Of a DNA stretch of 64,000 nt, positions 40,683 to 49,710 are shown piece after piece. The stretch is from an uncultured Verrucomicrobiae bacterium. GTDB taxonomy: Bacteria; Verrucomicrobiota; Verrucomicrobiia; Limisphaerales; Palsa-1400. The notes beneath the pieces were generated by a model, which saw only the letters and a list, made by a program, of their open reading frames with translations, was not told the DNA's origin and did not search any database. How positions within the stretch are numbered: position 1 is the stretch's first letter; each line of letters starts with the position of its first letter. The stretch is taken from NCBI GenBank assembly GCA_963764165.1, contig CAVXRD010000001.1:288001-352000 (forward strand). Reading direction: 5' to 3'. The position numbers and the translations under genes are program-made.

Positions 40683-42422
40683 TCAAGGAAGCGCCATAAT
40701 ACCGGGCAGGTTCAGGTTGTCCGCTTCCTTCGGGTCGATTTTCCGAATGGCGATTGCAGCCAATCGACGAATCAGTATGTCTTTGTCGGAGCCTAGCAAC
40801 CGTTTTAATTGAGGCAGAGCGGCGCAGGCAGGCGGACCGATGTCGCCGAGCAATTGAATGGCGTCATAGCTCCATGGATCCGACAGCGCCTCCATCAATC
40901 CTTGCACAGGCGGCCCCTTCTCCATCCCCAATCTCCAAAGCGCAACCTTGGCGGGCAATGAAATCTGAGCGGCGTACCGAGTATTTGAATTGGCTGCAAG
41001 ACTTCTCAGGATATTTACCAGACCATAGCTGTGTGGCTCAATTCTCGCCAGCGCGGAGGCAGCAGCGGTCTGAATGACCGGGTTCTGGTTTTGCAATAAC
41101 GACTGCAAGGCCGGCGTGGCAGCGGCTGCGCCAGAACCGATGATTCCGAGCGCCCTGCATGGGGCTGTAATCTCGGGGCGGGACCGTGCCAAAGCGGTGG
41201 CGTTAAGAACGTGCGTCGGCAGCGATGATACAAGCGCGTACACCGCAGCGACCGCTTCAGGTCCAATTTCGGCAAGAGCATCCGCAGCGTTCCACACGAC
41301 GATTTCAGCGTAGGGCACTAGATTGGTGGCATGCGCTGTTTGCGGGATGCATTCCTGAAGGACCTGGATCAAAGTCGGAACAGCAGGTTTGGCGGCGGGC
41401 CCATACAGGCAAATGGTCTGCAAAGCCGGTATTCTCTGCTGGCCGCTTTTTCCGATAATTTCAATTAGCCTCTCGATATTCGGGCCGGGGTGCTGGTTTG
41501 CTTCGTCAATGCTTGATCTGTATAGATCGGGATCGATCTCGCGCAGAGTCTCAGCTGCTTCGGTGCGAGCGGGTTCGGTAGACGTGAGCACGCTGTGCAG
41601 GACGAGAGCCGCAGCCGGTTTTCCCGCTAAACCCATTCCGCGCAATTCCCCTAAGGTCGTCATTTGATATTCAGTTGTTAGATTTCGCAGGTTATTTGCG
41701 AGGATATTGAGAACCGCATTCGTTTGCCGATCGATTTTCCAGAGAGCATCGGCAATCGAATTGGATAAGTCGTCGCTCCCATTGGGCAACTTATTCAACA
41801 GCGCGGGAATGGCTCCCTTTGCCTTCGGGCCAATGCTGGCCAGCAAGCGAGCGGCCAACGACACGTTTGGCTCCAATCGGCATTCTTGGAAAGCTCTGAT
41901 GAAATCCTGGGTGTAATCAGCCTTCATGTCTCCCATTGCTTCAAGCGCGTTGAAAACCGAGTCGTCGTCATCGATCCGCTCCGAACTCGCAGCCGCATTG
42001 AATTGCCGCATCAGCTCGGGCAGAGCGAACTCTGCAATCGGTCCGAGTTTGCCAACGACGAAGAGCGCGTTTCTGCGGCGGTCTATTGGGCTCGGACGAC
42101 TTGCGAGCGCCTCGCGAAAGGAATCAGGCATCGGCAGACGAGAATCCGCCAATCGCTGGAACAAGGAGGCTTCCCTTTTCTCAGGTCCGTCTTTGATTAT
42201 TCGCGCGAGAAACAAAACGCCCGGTTTGCCAAGCGATTGAAATGCGCTAACAGCGGCTGCCCTGTCGGCTTCGGAATCCATGTGATCCAACCAAAAACTG
42301 GCGGGCGTGCCTTGGAAGGCCGGTTCGCGAAAAGAAAGCCACACGGAAAGCGAGGCGATCATCAATAGCAGAAAAACCCAGAGAACTCGATTGCGCGAAG
42401 CGGCGAATCTTGCTGTCGTCAT
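40683..42422 (-). CDS. Membrane-anchored HEAT-repeat protein
   Basis: Repeated L..IGP.A..A.P.L units; N-terminal TM; ATGA-coupled to upstream gene. Confidence 0.85.
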   Translation of the reverse strand: MTTARFAASRNRVLWVFLLLMIASLSVWLSFREPAFQGTPASFWLDHMDSEADRAAAVSAFQSLGKPGVLFLARIIKDGPEKREASLFQRLADSRLPMPDSFREALASRPSPIDRRRNALFVVGKLGPIAEFALPELMRQFNAAASSERIDDDDSVFNALEAMGDMKADYTQDFIRAFQECRLEPNVSLAARLLASIGPKAKGAIPALLNKLPNGSDDLSNSIADALWKIDRQTNAVLNILANNLRNLTTEYQMTTLGELRGMGLAGKPAAALVLHSVLTSTEPARTEAAETLREIDPDLYRSSIDEANQHPGPNIERLIEIIGKSGQQRIPALQTICLYGPAAKPAVPTLIQVLQECIPQTAHATNLVPYAEIVVWNAADALAEIGPEAVAAVYALVSSLPTHVLNATALARSRPEITAPCRALGIIGSGAAAATPALQSLLQNQNPVIQTAAASALARIEPHSYGLVNILRSLAANSNTRYAAQISLPAKVALWRLGMEKGPPVQGLMEALSDPWSYDAIQLLGDIGPPACAALPQLKRLLGSDKDILIRRLAAIAIRKIDPKEADNLNLPGIMALP

Positions 42423-42973
42423 TTGTGCCGCGGCAATTTGGGAGCCGTCATCGCCGACGCTCTGAGATAACCCCCGTCGAAACAAACCCGCGTGACATCC
42501 TCGAAGCGCATTCGTCGCGGGCCGGTCCACTCCCCGTAGTAATTCGCGTCCTCAATGGTGAATGTCCTTTTTCCCATGCTGATAACCGGCCCGACGTAAG
42601 TGAGGTGTCGATCTCGGCTCTCGCGATGGACGGAAAGCAGGGGATAACGCTTGGCAACCGAGGCTAGCAACTCCGGAATAGAGCCAAGCGAAATGCCCAT
42701 CGGCGGTGTCGGTCGAATCTTCAGTCGGCGCACAGCACGGAATCGCCAATAGCGCGGGTCGTCAAAGAAGCAGTATGAACGAATGTCTCTCTGTCGCAGG
42801 ACGTCGTAGCCAGTGAGGCAGAAAGCCTCAGAGTCGAAAAAATGCACTAACACCAATTCTTCGTTGGCGTCCATCACGAAGCCGAACACATTGGACATCC
42901 CGGCATCGCTGCGGATAAGTTGCACCATGTGCCGCTGTTTCTTCTTCAAATCGCGTTGGAGACTGGTAGGCAC
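42419..42973 (-). CDS. Hypothetical protein
   Basis: 184-aa ORF coupled between toxin gene and HEAT gene. Confidence 0.6.
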   Translation of the reverse strand: MPTSLQRDLKKKQRHMVQLIRSDAGMSNVFGFVMDANEELVLVHFFDSEAFCLTGYDVLRQRDIRSYCFFDDPRYWRFRAVRRLKIRPTPPMGISLGSIPELLASVAKRYPLLSVHRESRDRHLTYVGPVISMGKRTFTIEDANYYGEWTGPRRMRFEDVTRVCFDGGYLRASAMTAPKLPRHK

Positions 42974-42986
42974 GACGATTTCACCT

Positions 42987-43336
42987 TTAGGCCGGCGGCT
43001 TGGTTGAAACCAAGAATTCCGACAATTGTTTTAATACGCGGCGATGTCGTTCGGGGGAAACCTCCCCGATCATTCCTATGACCTGCTGCCCTGTGTAAAT
43101 CGCCAGAAACCTGCGCGAATAAGCGAATCCACTTGCAATCCGCTGGCGGCAAAATCGTTGTCTGCGCGCAATATCAATTCGTCCAATCCATGCACTTGCT
43201 GACGCAATTGGCTGCTGACGCCGCACACCAAAAAATCGCCGAATGGCGGAAGGGTTCTCAGAAGGATAGCCGGTCGCGGCTTCCATTGACGGTCCGCTTG
43301 AGGCAACGGGACGAGGATTACGTCCCCTTCTTTCAC
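42987..43336 (-). pseudogene. PemK/MazF-family toxin, frameshifted at ~43110
   Basis: MKEGDVILVPLPQAD..KPRPAILL...SLIRAG // FLAIY...IGEVSPERHRRVLKQLSEFL; one T short in GGTTTCTG. Confidence 0.8.
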
Positions 43337-43566
43337 TTGCGGGGCGGCGCATCGCGCAGCACGGCGTTGGAATAATCCGGCTCGTCATCTCCAAAGGCGC
43401 GGGCGAACCCAGCCTGCGACGCTGCCAGCCACGCCTGACGCTCATCTCCCATTGAATCTCCGGACACCACCGTCACAATGAGTCTCGCGTCGGGCTGCAG
43501 CTCGTAGGGCTCGTCGAGGCAAATCTGCTTGCCATCAAAGTGCGCTCTTAAAGTAACCGTGTTCAC
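43333..43566 (-). CDS. Antitoxin-like protein
   Basis: LRAHFDGKQICLDEP, AFGDDEPDY; GTGA overlap with toxin. Confidence 0.75.
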   Translation of the reverse strand: MNTVTLRAHFDGKQICLDEPYELQPDARLIVTVVSGDSMGDERQAWLAASQAGFARAFGDDEPDYSNAVLRDAPPRK

Positions 43567-43661
43567 GCAATTACTATTATCTCAAATACGCCACCCCGGC
43601 AAGCGAGGAACAGCAAACTCGTCGTGCTCTTCGCAGCGCAGGTTCCAAACCTGCGCTGCAA

Positions 43662-43749
43662 CTACATCCCCAAATGATGCTCCTGCAGCGTCTTGGTCGA
43701 GTAACAGTTTTTTTGCAGGGCGGCGATGCCAAGCGCGGCGGCTCGCGCG
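43662..43749 (-). repeat. Duplicated 3' end of carB (88 bp)
   Basis: 81/88 identical to 45247-45334; encodes ARAAALGIAALQKNCYSTKTLQEHHLGM*. Confidence 0.92.
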
Positions 43750-43832
43750 GATTTAAGGTCCGTTTAAGGAGATTTGGAATTCCACCGAATGTTCGCTTTG
43801 TTCATTTGGCGGCTCTTTATTAATGGAAATCG

Positions 43833-45200
43833 ATGAACGACAGCCGGAAATTGCTTCAAGATTACGCATATCATGGCGAGGAGGATGCCTTTCGGGAATT
43901 AGTGGCGCGTTATGTCAACATGGTTCATTCCACCGCCTTGCGGCTGGTGAACGGGGACTCGCACCTTGCGGAGGACGTAACCCAAACGGTTTTTCTGAAT
44001 TTGGCCCGCAATGCGAGCACGCTCTCCAAACAAGTCATGATCGGCGGCTGGTTGCACCGAAACACGTGTTTCGTTGCGCTGACCATGATCCGCGGCGACA
44101 GGCGACGGCAAAAGCGCGAAAGGCAGGCTGTGGAAATGAACTCAGCAGAAGATCATTCGGTCTCCAACTTGGCCGTGGTGGCGCCCTTATTGGATGAGGC
44201 GATTAACGAGCTGGCAGCGGAGGATCGCACAGCAATTCTGCTGCGCTTCTTTGAACAACACGAATTCCGCGCCGTGGGAGAGATTATGGGCAGCAACGAA
44301 AACGCCGCACGGATGAGGGTTAATCGGGCGTTGGAAAAACTGCACGAGATTCTGAAGCGGCGCGGAGTAGTGCTATCAGCGGCGGCCTTGGGAACGGCGC
44401 TCGCAGCAGAGGCAGTGACAGCCGCGCCGACGGGGATGGCAGCCATCGCGGCGGCGGCAGCACTCGGCGGAGCGGCCTCGAAGAGCGCAACCTTAACCAT
44501 CATAAAAGCCGGAGTCATGACCAAAACAAAAATCGCACTGGCTGCCGCCATTGTTGCCGCGCTGGCGGTGTCCGTGGTGCAGCATCAAACCATCCGCGCG
44601 CTGCGGGCGGAAAACAACATGTTGAAACAACAGGTGGCGCAGATCGCGTCATTGCAACACCAACAGGTTGATGCTGCGCAAGACGCGGCCAAGACAGTCC
44701 GCGCGCCGCTTACGGATCCGCAGATGCGTGAATTGGCGAGATTGCGAAACGAGGTGGCGCGATTGCGCGAGCAGACCAATGAACTGGCCAAGGCTCGGCT
44801 GCAAATTCAGGCACTAAATCGGCCCGCCCCGGCGAGCGGAGATCCCGGGGCAGGCATGGTCATTGCCAGCCCATCCGGAATATTCCCTGGCAGCGCAATT
44901 CAGATTGCGAATCAAATTACAAATATTTGCATCACGAATCTTCGGCTCATTGAGGAGGCCAAAGAGAAATGGGCCTCGGAAAATCAAAAGCAAAACGGCG
45001 ACACTCCGACGATGGAGGACCTGCGGCCTTATTTTGGCCATGGACCCGACGGAGCGCGACCGAACGGAACTCAGGCGCTGCTGGGGAACGGAACTGTCGT
45101 CGAACTCGACTTGGCGCACTGCCCTGACGGTGGTGTATACAAGCTTGGCACCGTCAGTGAGAAGCCGACTTGTAGTATTTCAGGCCACGTTCTGCCTTAG
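43833..45200 (+). CDS. ECF sigma-70 factor with long C-terminal extension (TM, coiled coil, Cys-containing domain)
   Basis: AFRELVARY, AEDVTQTVF, GWLH, LLRFFE, RVNRALEKL; C-terminal CITNLRLI...CPDGGVY...PTCSISGH. Confidence 0.9.
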   Translation: MNDSRKLLQDYAYHGEEDAFRELVARYVNMVHSTALRLVNGDSHLAEDVTQTVFLNLARNASTLSKQVMIGGWLHRNTCFVALTMIRGDRRRQKRERQAVEMNSAEDHSVSNLAVVAPLLDEAINELAAEDRTAILLRFFEQHEFRAVGEIMGSNENAARMRVNRALEKLHEILKRRGVVLSAAALGTALAAEAVTAAPTGMAAIAAAAALGGAASKSATLTIIKAGVMTKTKIALAAAIVAALAVSVVQHQTIRALRAENNMLKQQVAQIASLQHQQVDAAQDAAKTVRAPLTDPQMRELARLRNEVARLREQTNELAKARLQIQALNRPAPASGDPGAGMVIASPSGIFPGSAIQIANQITNICITNLRLIEEAKEKWASENQKQNGDTPTMEDLRPYFGHGPDGARPNGTQALLGNGTVVELDLAHCPDGGVYKLGTVSEKPTCSISGHVLP

Positions 45201-45246
45201 CTTAGCAGCGGTGCCCGACCGTAAGTCGTGAATTAGCGCGCCGCCG

Positions 45247-47049
45247 TTACATCCCCAAATGATGCTCCTGCAGCGTCTTCGTTGAATAACCATTTTTTTG
45301 CAGGGCGGCAATGCCAAGCGCGGCGGCTCGCGCGCCGCTTAGGGTCGTCATGATCGGCGTGCCGGTGTAGACGGCAGTGGTGCGGATTTTCACCTCGTCG
45401 GCGCGCGGAGTCTGGCCGGCGGGGGTGTTAATGACCATGTGAATGTCGCGGTTTTTCAGCAAATCCAGCGCGTTCGGGCGGCCTTCGGACAGCTTGAAAA
45501 CAAGCGACACTTTCAGCCCCGCTTCTGTCAATACTCGCGCCGTTCCCCCGGTTGAAGCGATTTCAAAACCGAGCGCCACAAACTGCTTTGCGATTTCGGC
45601 GATTTCTGGTTTGTCGGCGTCGCTGACGCTGACGAAAATGCGGCCTTTAAGCGGCAGCGGCGCGTTGGCCGCCATCTGGGATTTTGCGTAGGCAATGCCC
45701 AAATCGGCGTCCAGGCCCATGACTTCGCCGGTCGAGCGCATCTCAGGCGAAAGTAGAATGTCCTGCCCGACAAATCGATTGAACGGGAACACCGATTCTT
45801 TGACAGCCCAATATGGCGGGCGAATTTCGCAGGTGAAACCGAGTTCGGAAAGCTTCTTGCCCGCCATGACTTTGGCCGCGAGCTTCGCAAGCGGAACGCC
45901 AATCGCCTTGCTGACAAACGGCACCGTGCGCGAGGCGCGCGGATTGACTTCCAGCACGTAAACTTTTTCCCCTTTCACGGCGTATTGCACATTCATCAGG
46001 CCTATGACGCGCAACTCCCGCGCCATCGCGTGCGTGTACTGGCGCATCGTCTCGATGACGCTTGCCGAGAGCGTGTGCGGCGGCAGCACCATCGCCGCAT
46101 CGCCGGAATGGACGCCGGCAAATTCGATGTGCTCGAGAAATCCGCCAATCACGCTGGTGCCTTGCGATGGATCGGCGAAATGTCCGACGTCCGCGATGCA
46201 ATCGACATCGACTTCGGTGGCGTCTTCCAGAAATTTGTCCACCAAGACCGGGCGTTCCGGCGAAGCCTCGACCGCGAAGCGCATGTAATGATTCAATTCC
46301 GCGTCAGAAAAAACAATCTGCATCGCGCGCCCGCCCAGCACGAATGAAGGCCGCACCAGCACCGGATAACCCAGCCCATGCGCCGCTTCGAGGGCTTCCG
46401 CCTCGTTGGTGGCCAGGCCGTTTGGCGGCTGCGGAATGCCAAGCCGCGTCAGCATCGCCGCGAACAATTTGCGATCCTCAGCGACTTCGATGCTCTGCGG
46501 CGAGGTGCCGATGATGTTGACGCCATTTTTCTGCAACCCGAGGGCGAGATTCAACGGCGTCTGCCCGCCAAATTGGGCAATCGCGCCCCAGCACTTTTCG
46601 CGTTCGTAAATGTGCAGGACGTCCTCCAGCGTCAGCGGCTCGAAAAACAGTTTATCGCTCGTGTCGTAATCCGTGGAAACGGTCTCGGGATTGGAATTGA
46701 CCATGAGGGTTTCAAATCCATCCTCCTTGAGCGCGAAAGCCGCGTGGACGCAGCAATAATCGAACTCGATCCCCTGCCCGATCCGGTTCGGCCCGCCGCC
46801 GAGAATCATGACCTTCCGCTTGCCGCCCCCGACATTGGTCTCGTCATCGCCGCAATCGTAAGTGGAATAATAATAAGGCGTGTAAGCCTCGAACTCCGCC
46901 GCGCAGGTGTCCACCAGCCGATAGCTCGGCACCAGCCCGAACTCCTTGCGCGTGGTGCGGATATCCGCCTCCGTTTTCCCCGTAAGGTGCGCAATTTGCC
47001 GGTCCGAAAATCCGAGGGATTTGGCCCTAGCCAGCAGGTCACGATTCAT
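45247..47049 (-). CDS. carB: Carbamoyl-phosphate synthase large subunit, C-terminal half only (~600 aa)
   Basis: AKSLGFSDRQIA, VDTCAAEF, GPNRIGQGIEFDY, EVNPRASRT, MGS domain; N-terminal ATP-grasp half absent. Confidence 0.92.
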   Translation of the reverse strand: MNRDLLARAKSLGFSDRQIAHLTGKTEADIRTTRKEFGLVPSYRLVDTCAAEFEAYTPYYYSTYDCGDDETNVGGGKRKVMILGGGPNRIGQGIEFDYCCVHAAFALKEDGFETLMVNSNPETVSTDYDTSDKLFFEPLTLEDVLHIYEREKCWGAIAQFGGQTPLNLALGLQKNGVNIIGTSPQSIEVAEDRKLFAAMLTRLGIPQPPNGLATNEAEALEAAHGLGYPVLVRPSFVLGGRAMQIVFSDAELNHYMRFAVEASPERPVLVDKFLEDATEVDVDCIADVGHFADPSQGTSVIGGFLEHIEFAGVHSGDAAMVLPPHTLSASVIETMRQYTHAMARELRVIGLMNVQYAVKGEKVYVLEVNPRASRTVPFVSKAIGVPLAKLAAKVMAGKKLSELGFTCEIRPPYWAVKESVFPFNRFVGQDILLSPEMRSTGEVMGLDADLGIAYAKSQMAANAPLPLKGRIFVSVSDADKPEIAEIAKQFVALGFEIASTGGTARVLTEAGLKVSLVFKLSEGRPNALDLLKNRDIHMVINTPAGQTPRADEVKIRTTAVYTGTPIMTTLSGARAAALGIAALQKNGYSTKTLQEHHLGM

Positions 47050-47270
47050 TTTCAAAATCAAAATTCAAATCGCCCCGAGTAAGCCCCACCAAACCAACGC
47101 TTGCAAGAGGAATTGAGGGGCCGCAATTGAGGCACGACAACCCGGGCAGAGCCGCAGATGGGCGCAGTTGAACGCAGATAAAATTACCCCGGACGCGAGC
47201 CGGCCTTGCAGTGGAATTGGTTGGGTGGCGAGACATTGACGAACTCTTAAAATCTGATAATCTGATTTTT

Positions 47271-47546
47271 GTGAAGAAAGTTAAAATCAGCGTGACGGAG
47301 GCTTCCCGAAACTTTGCTGACTGCATTAACCGCGCCCGCTACCAAAACGTGACATTTATTCTTCTCAAGAACGGATCACCAGTGGCTCGGTTGACGCCGG
47401 ACTCGACAAGCAAGGTTTGCGCCGGGCGCCAACTTGCCGAAGCACTTGGTGAGATCGATCTGCCGGATGCTGAAGCCAAAGAGTGGCATCGTGATTTATT
47501 GGCCGCTCGCAAGACCTTGGAATCTCCCGTTAACAAATGGCGATAA
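47271..47546 (+). CDS. Phd/YefM-type antitoxin
   Basis: ISVTEASRNFADCINRA, KNGSPVARL; overlaps PIN gene. Confidence 0.82.
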   Translation: MKKVKISVTEASRNFADCINRARYQNVTFILLKNGSPVARLTPDSTSKVCAGRQLAEALGEIDLPDAEAKEWHRDLLAARKTLESPVNKWR

Positions 47547-47938
47547 TCCTCGATGCGGATGTCATCATTCGCGGCGAGAAAGGGGCGTTTGACCTCCAAT
47601 CGTGGGTGACAGCCCGCCCAGAGGAGCGTTTTGAGATTGCCGCGATCACGGTGGCGGAACTCTGGCATGGAGTGGAGCGCGCCACGGGCGCACACAAGGC
47701 GCGGCGTCAGCGGTACCTTCAAACGATAGTGAATGCCCTGCCTGTCATCCCCTATACGGAACAGACAGCGTATGAACACTCCCGCCTTTGGGCCGAATTG
47801 GAATCGACCGGGAAAATGATTGGTTTTTACGATGTCATCGTGGCCGCAACAGCGCTGGAGCGTGGCTGCGCGGTGGCCACGTTCAATCAAAAGCACTTTC
47901 GCGAGGTGCCGGGCTTGATGGTGATCGAGCCAAAATGA
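47537..47938 (+). CDS. VapC-family PIN toxin
   Basis: IILDADV, TVAEL, DVIVAATAL, TFNQKHF. Confidence 0.9.
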   Translation: MAIILDADVIIRGEKGAFDLQSWVTARPEERFEIAAITVAELWHGVERATGAHKARRQRYLQTIVNALPVIPYTEQTAYEHSRLWAELESTGKMIGFYDVIVAATALERGCAVATFNQKHFREVPGLMVIEPK

Positions 47939-48037
47939 TCCGTCTCCAACCGTGCCCGAAAACTGGCCACCGGCATCAAATGGCAGCATCAGATCTCAAG
48001 ACTTGATAAGGTTCATTTGGCGGCGCCGATTATCCTT

Positions 48038-48229
48038 ATGAGTGACAAGCAAATTGTCGAGGACTTGCTCCAGCGGATTCCCGAAGATGCGTCTCTTCGC
48101 GACATTGCCCGCGAGATCGAGTTCATCGACGCCGTGCGGGAGGGACTTGCCGAGTTGGACCGCGGCGAGCGGATTTTGATCGAGGACGTCGAGCGCGAGT
48201 TGCCGACATGGATTAACGCCAGACATTAG
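48038..48229 (+). CDS. Orphan antitoxin-like small protein
   Basis: IPEDASLRDIAREIEFIDAVREGLAELDRGE; no toxin ORF follows. Confidence 0.7.
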   Translation: MSDKQIVEDLLQRIPEDASLRDIAREIEFIDAVREGLAELDRGERILIEDVERELPTWINARH

Positions 48230-48396
48230 AGGTTAACCGCATCACGCAGGAGCGCCTGGTAATCATGCCGGATAAAAGAGCCACAGACGGACACAGATCA
48301 ACACAGATAAATCAAAAATCTGTGTTGATCTGCGTGAATCTGTGGCCAGCTCGGTCCTTTGTTTCTGGCTGCGTTTTGCGCCCTTTTCCCCCAATT

Positions 48397-49683
48397 CTAC
48401 CGCCTTTGCCTTCGCGTGTTCGCGATGTTGACGATCCAGCCTGAGGCCACGGATAGGACCAGGCTGACCGTCATCAGCGTTACTCCGGTTTTCAGGAGTT
48501 CCTTGGAATTTGGCGAACCCGGCGCGGCGAAGAACACCGAGATCGCGGCAATGGCAACGAGCGCGGCGACGCCTGTGTAAAAGTACATGAATGTGCGCAG
48601 TGGGCCTTTCGGGCATTTAAACATGCCGGCAACCGGCAAAAGCAATCCGCCAAAGAGCAGCGTGGCAATGATCCATGGCGTGTTTACGCCGAAAATCACG
48701 CAACCAGCCAGCGACAGCAATACCAGCAGGATGGCGCCGCCCATCCAATTGCTCGCCACAATTTGCTCGCGCGAAAGGGCCAGCCGCCCAAATGAGTTGA
48801 GGCGGAGAGTCAGGTTGAAGAGCGGGCTTGCTATCCACGTCATTACCGCGAATGCCAGATACAAAATGCGCAGCGGCAATATCCAGTGCGCGAGAGCCGG
48901 ATTCGTTTGCGAAGCGGCGCGCAGAACCTGGTTTCCAAAATATGCGCCTAACACGATGCCCCACCGCCCGCGCCTGCTGAATTTGGCCATGAACAGAAAA
49001 TACCGAAGCATCAGCGCGTAAATAAAATTCCTGGCCTTCAGCGCTTCCACGATTCCCCGGCGCGCCCATTCGTTCGTGGGATCCAAGCGCAGCGCTTCGC
49101 GGAAATGTTCCAGCGCGGCCTTCGGGTCATTCTGCTCCAGCAATGTCCAACCCCGGTTGGCGTGGGTGACGGAGTTGTCCGGGTTGCGTCGCAGGGCGGC
49201 GTCGATCGTCTCGCCCGCCTGAGTTTTTTGCCCCAGCTTGACGAGCGCGATGGCTCGGAGATTCGTGCAGGCCACGTCCTCAGCATCCAATTGCAAACCC
49301 TGTTCCGCCGCCTCAAGCGCGGGCTGCCATCGGGCCTCGTTCAAATGAATCTGGGACAGCAGCGCAAAATAATGCGGCTGTGAGGAATCGAGCCGCAGCG
49401 CTTCGTATATGGCGGCCAGCGCTTCGGCGTCGTAATTGCGTTTGTGCCACACGACCGCCAGCGCGTAATGCGCATCCGCAAGGTCCGGCGCCAGGTGGAC
49501 CGCCTGCTGCGCTTCCTCGGTCGCTTCTTTGAATTGTTCGCGCTCCACGAGGCAGCGAGCCAGCAGGGAATGCGCATGGGCATCGCGAGGTTCGGCCGCC
49601 AGCGCCTGGCGAAATTCCGTCTCCGCCATATCAAAGCGAGACTGTTGATAAAGTAAAATGCCTCGTTGAAAATTCGCGTTCAT
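48397..49683 (-). CDS. TPR-repeat membrane protein
   Basis: N-terminal TPR repeats (ALRLDP, ALRRNP), C-terminal TM helices. Confidence 0.87.
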   Translation of the reverse strand: MNANFQRGILLYQQSRFDMAETEFRQALAAEPRDAHAHSLLARCLVEREQFKEATEEAQQAVHLAPDLADAHYALAVVWHKRNYDAEALAAIYEALRLDSSQPHYFALLSQIHLNEARWQPALEAAEQGLQLDAEDVACTNLRAIALVKLGQKTQAGETIDAALRRNPDNSVTHANRGWTLLEQNDPKAALEHFREALRLDPTNEWARRGIVEALKARNFIYALMLRYFLFMAKFSRRGRWGIVLGAYFGNQVLRAASQTNPALAHWILPLRILYLAFAVMTWIASPLFNLTLRLNSFGRLALSREQIVASNWMGGAILLVLLSLAGCVIFGVNTPWIIATLLFGGLLLPVAGMFKCPKGPLRTFMYFYTGVAALVAIAAISVFFAAPGSPNSKELLKTGVTLMTVSLVLSVASGWIVNIANTRRQRR

Positions 49684-49710
49684 GAAAATGGGACCTCCCG
49701 CCAGCCAGCC

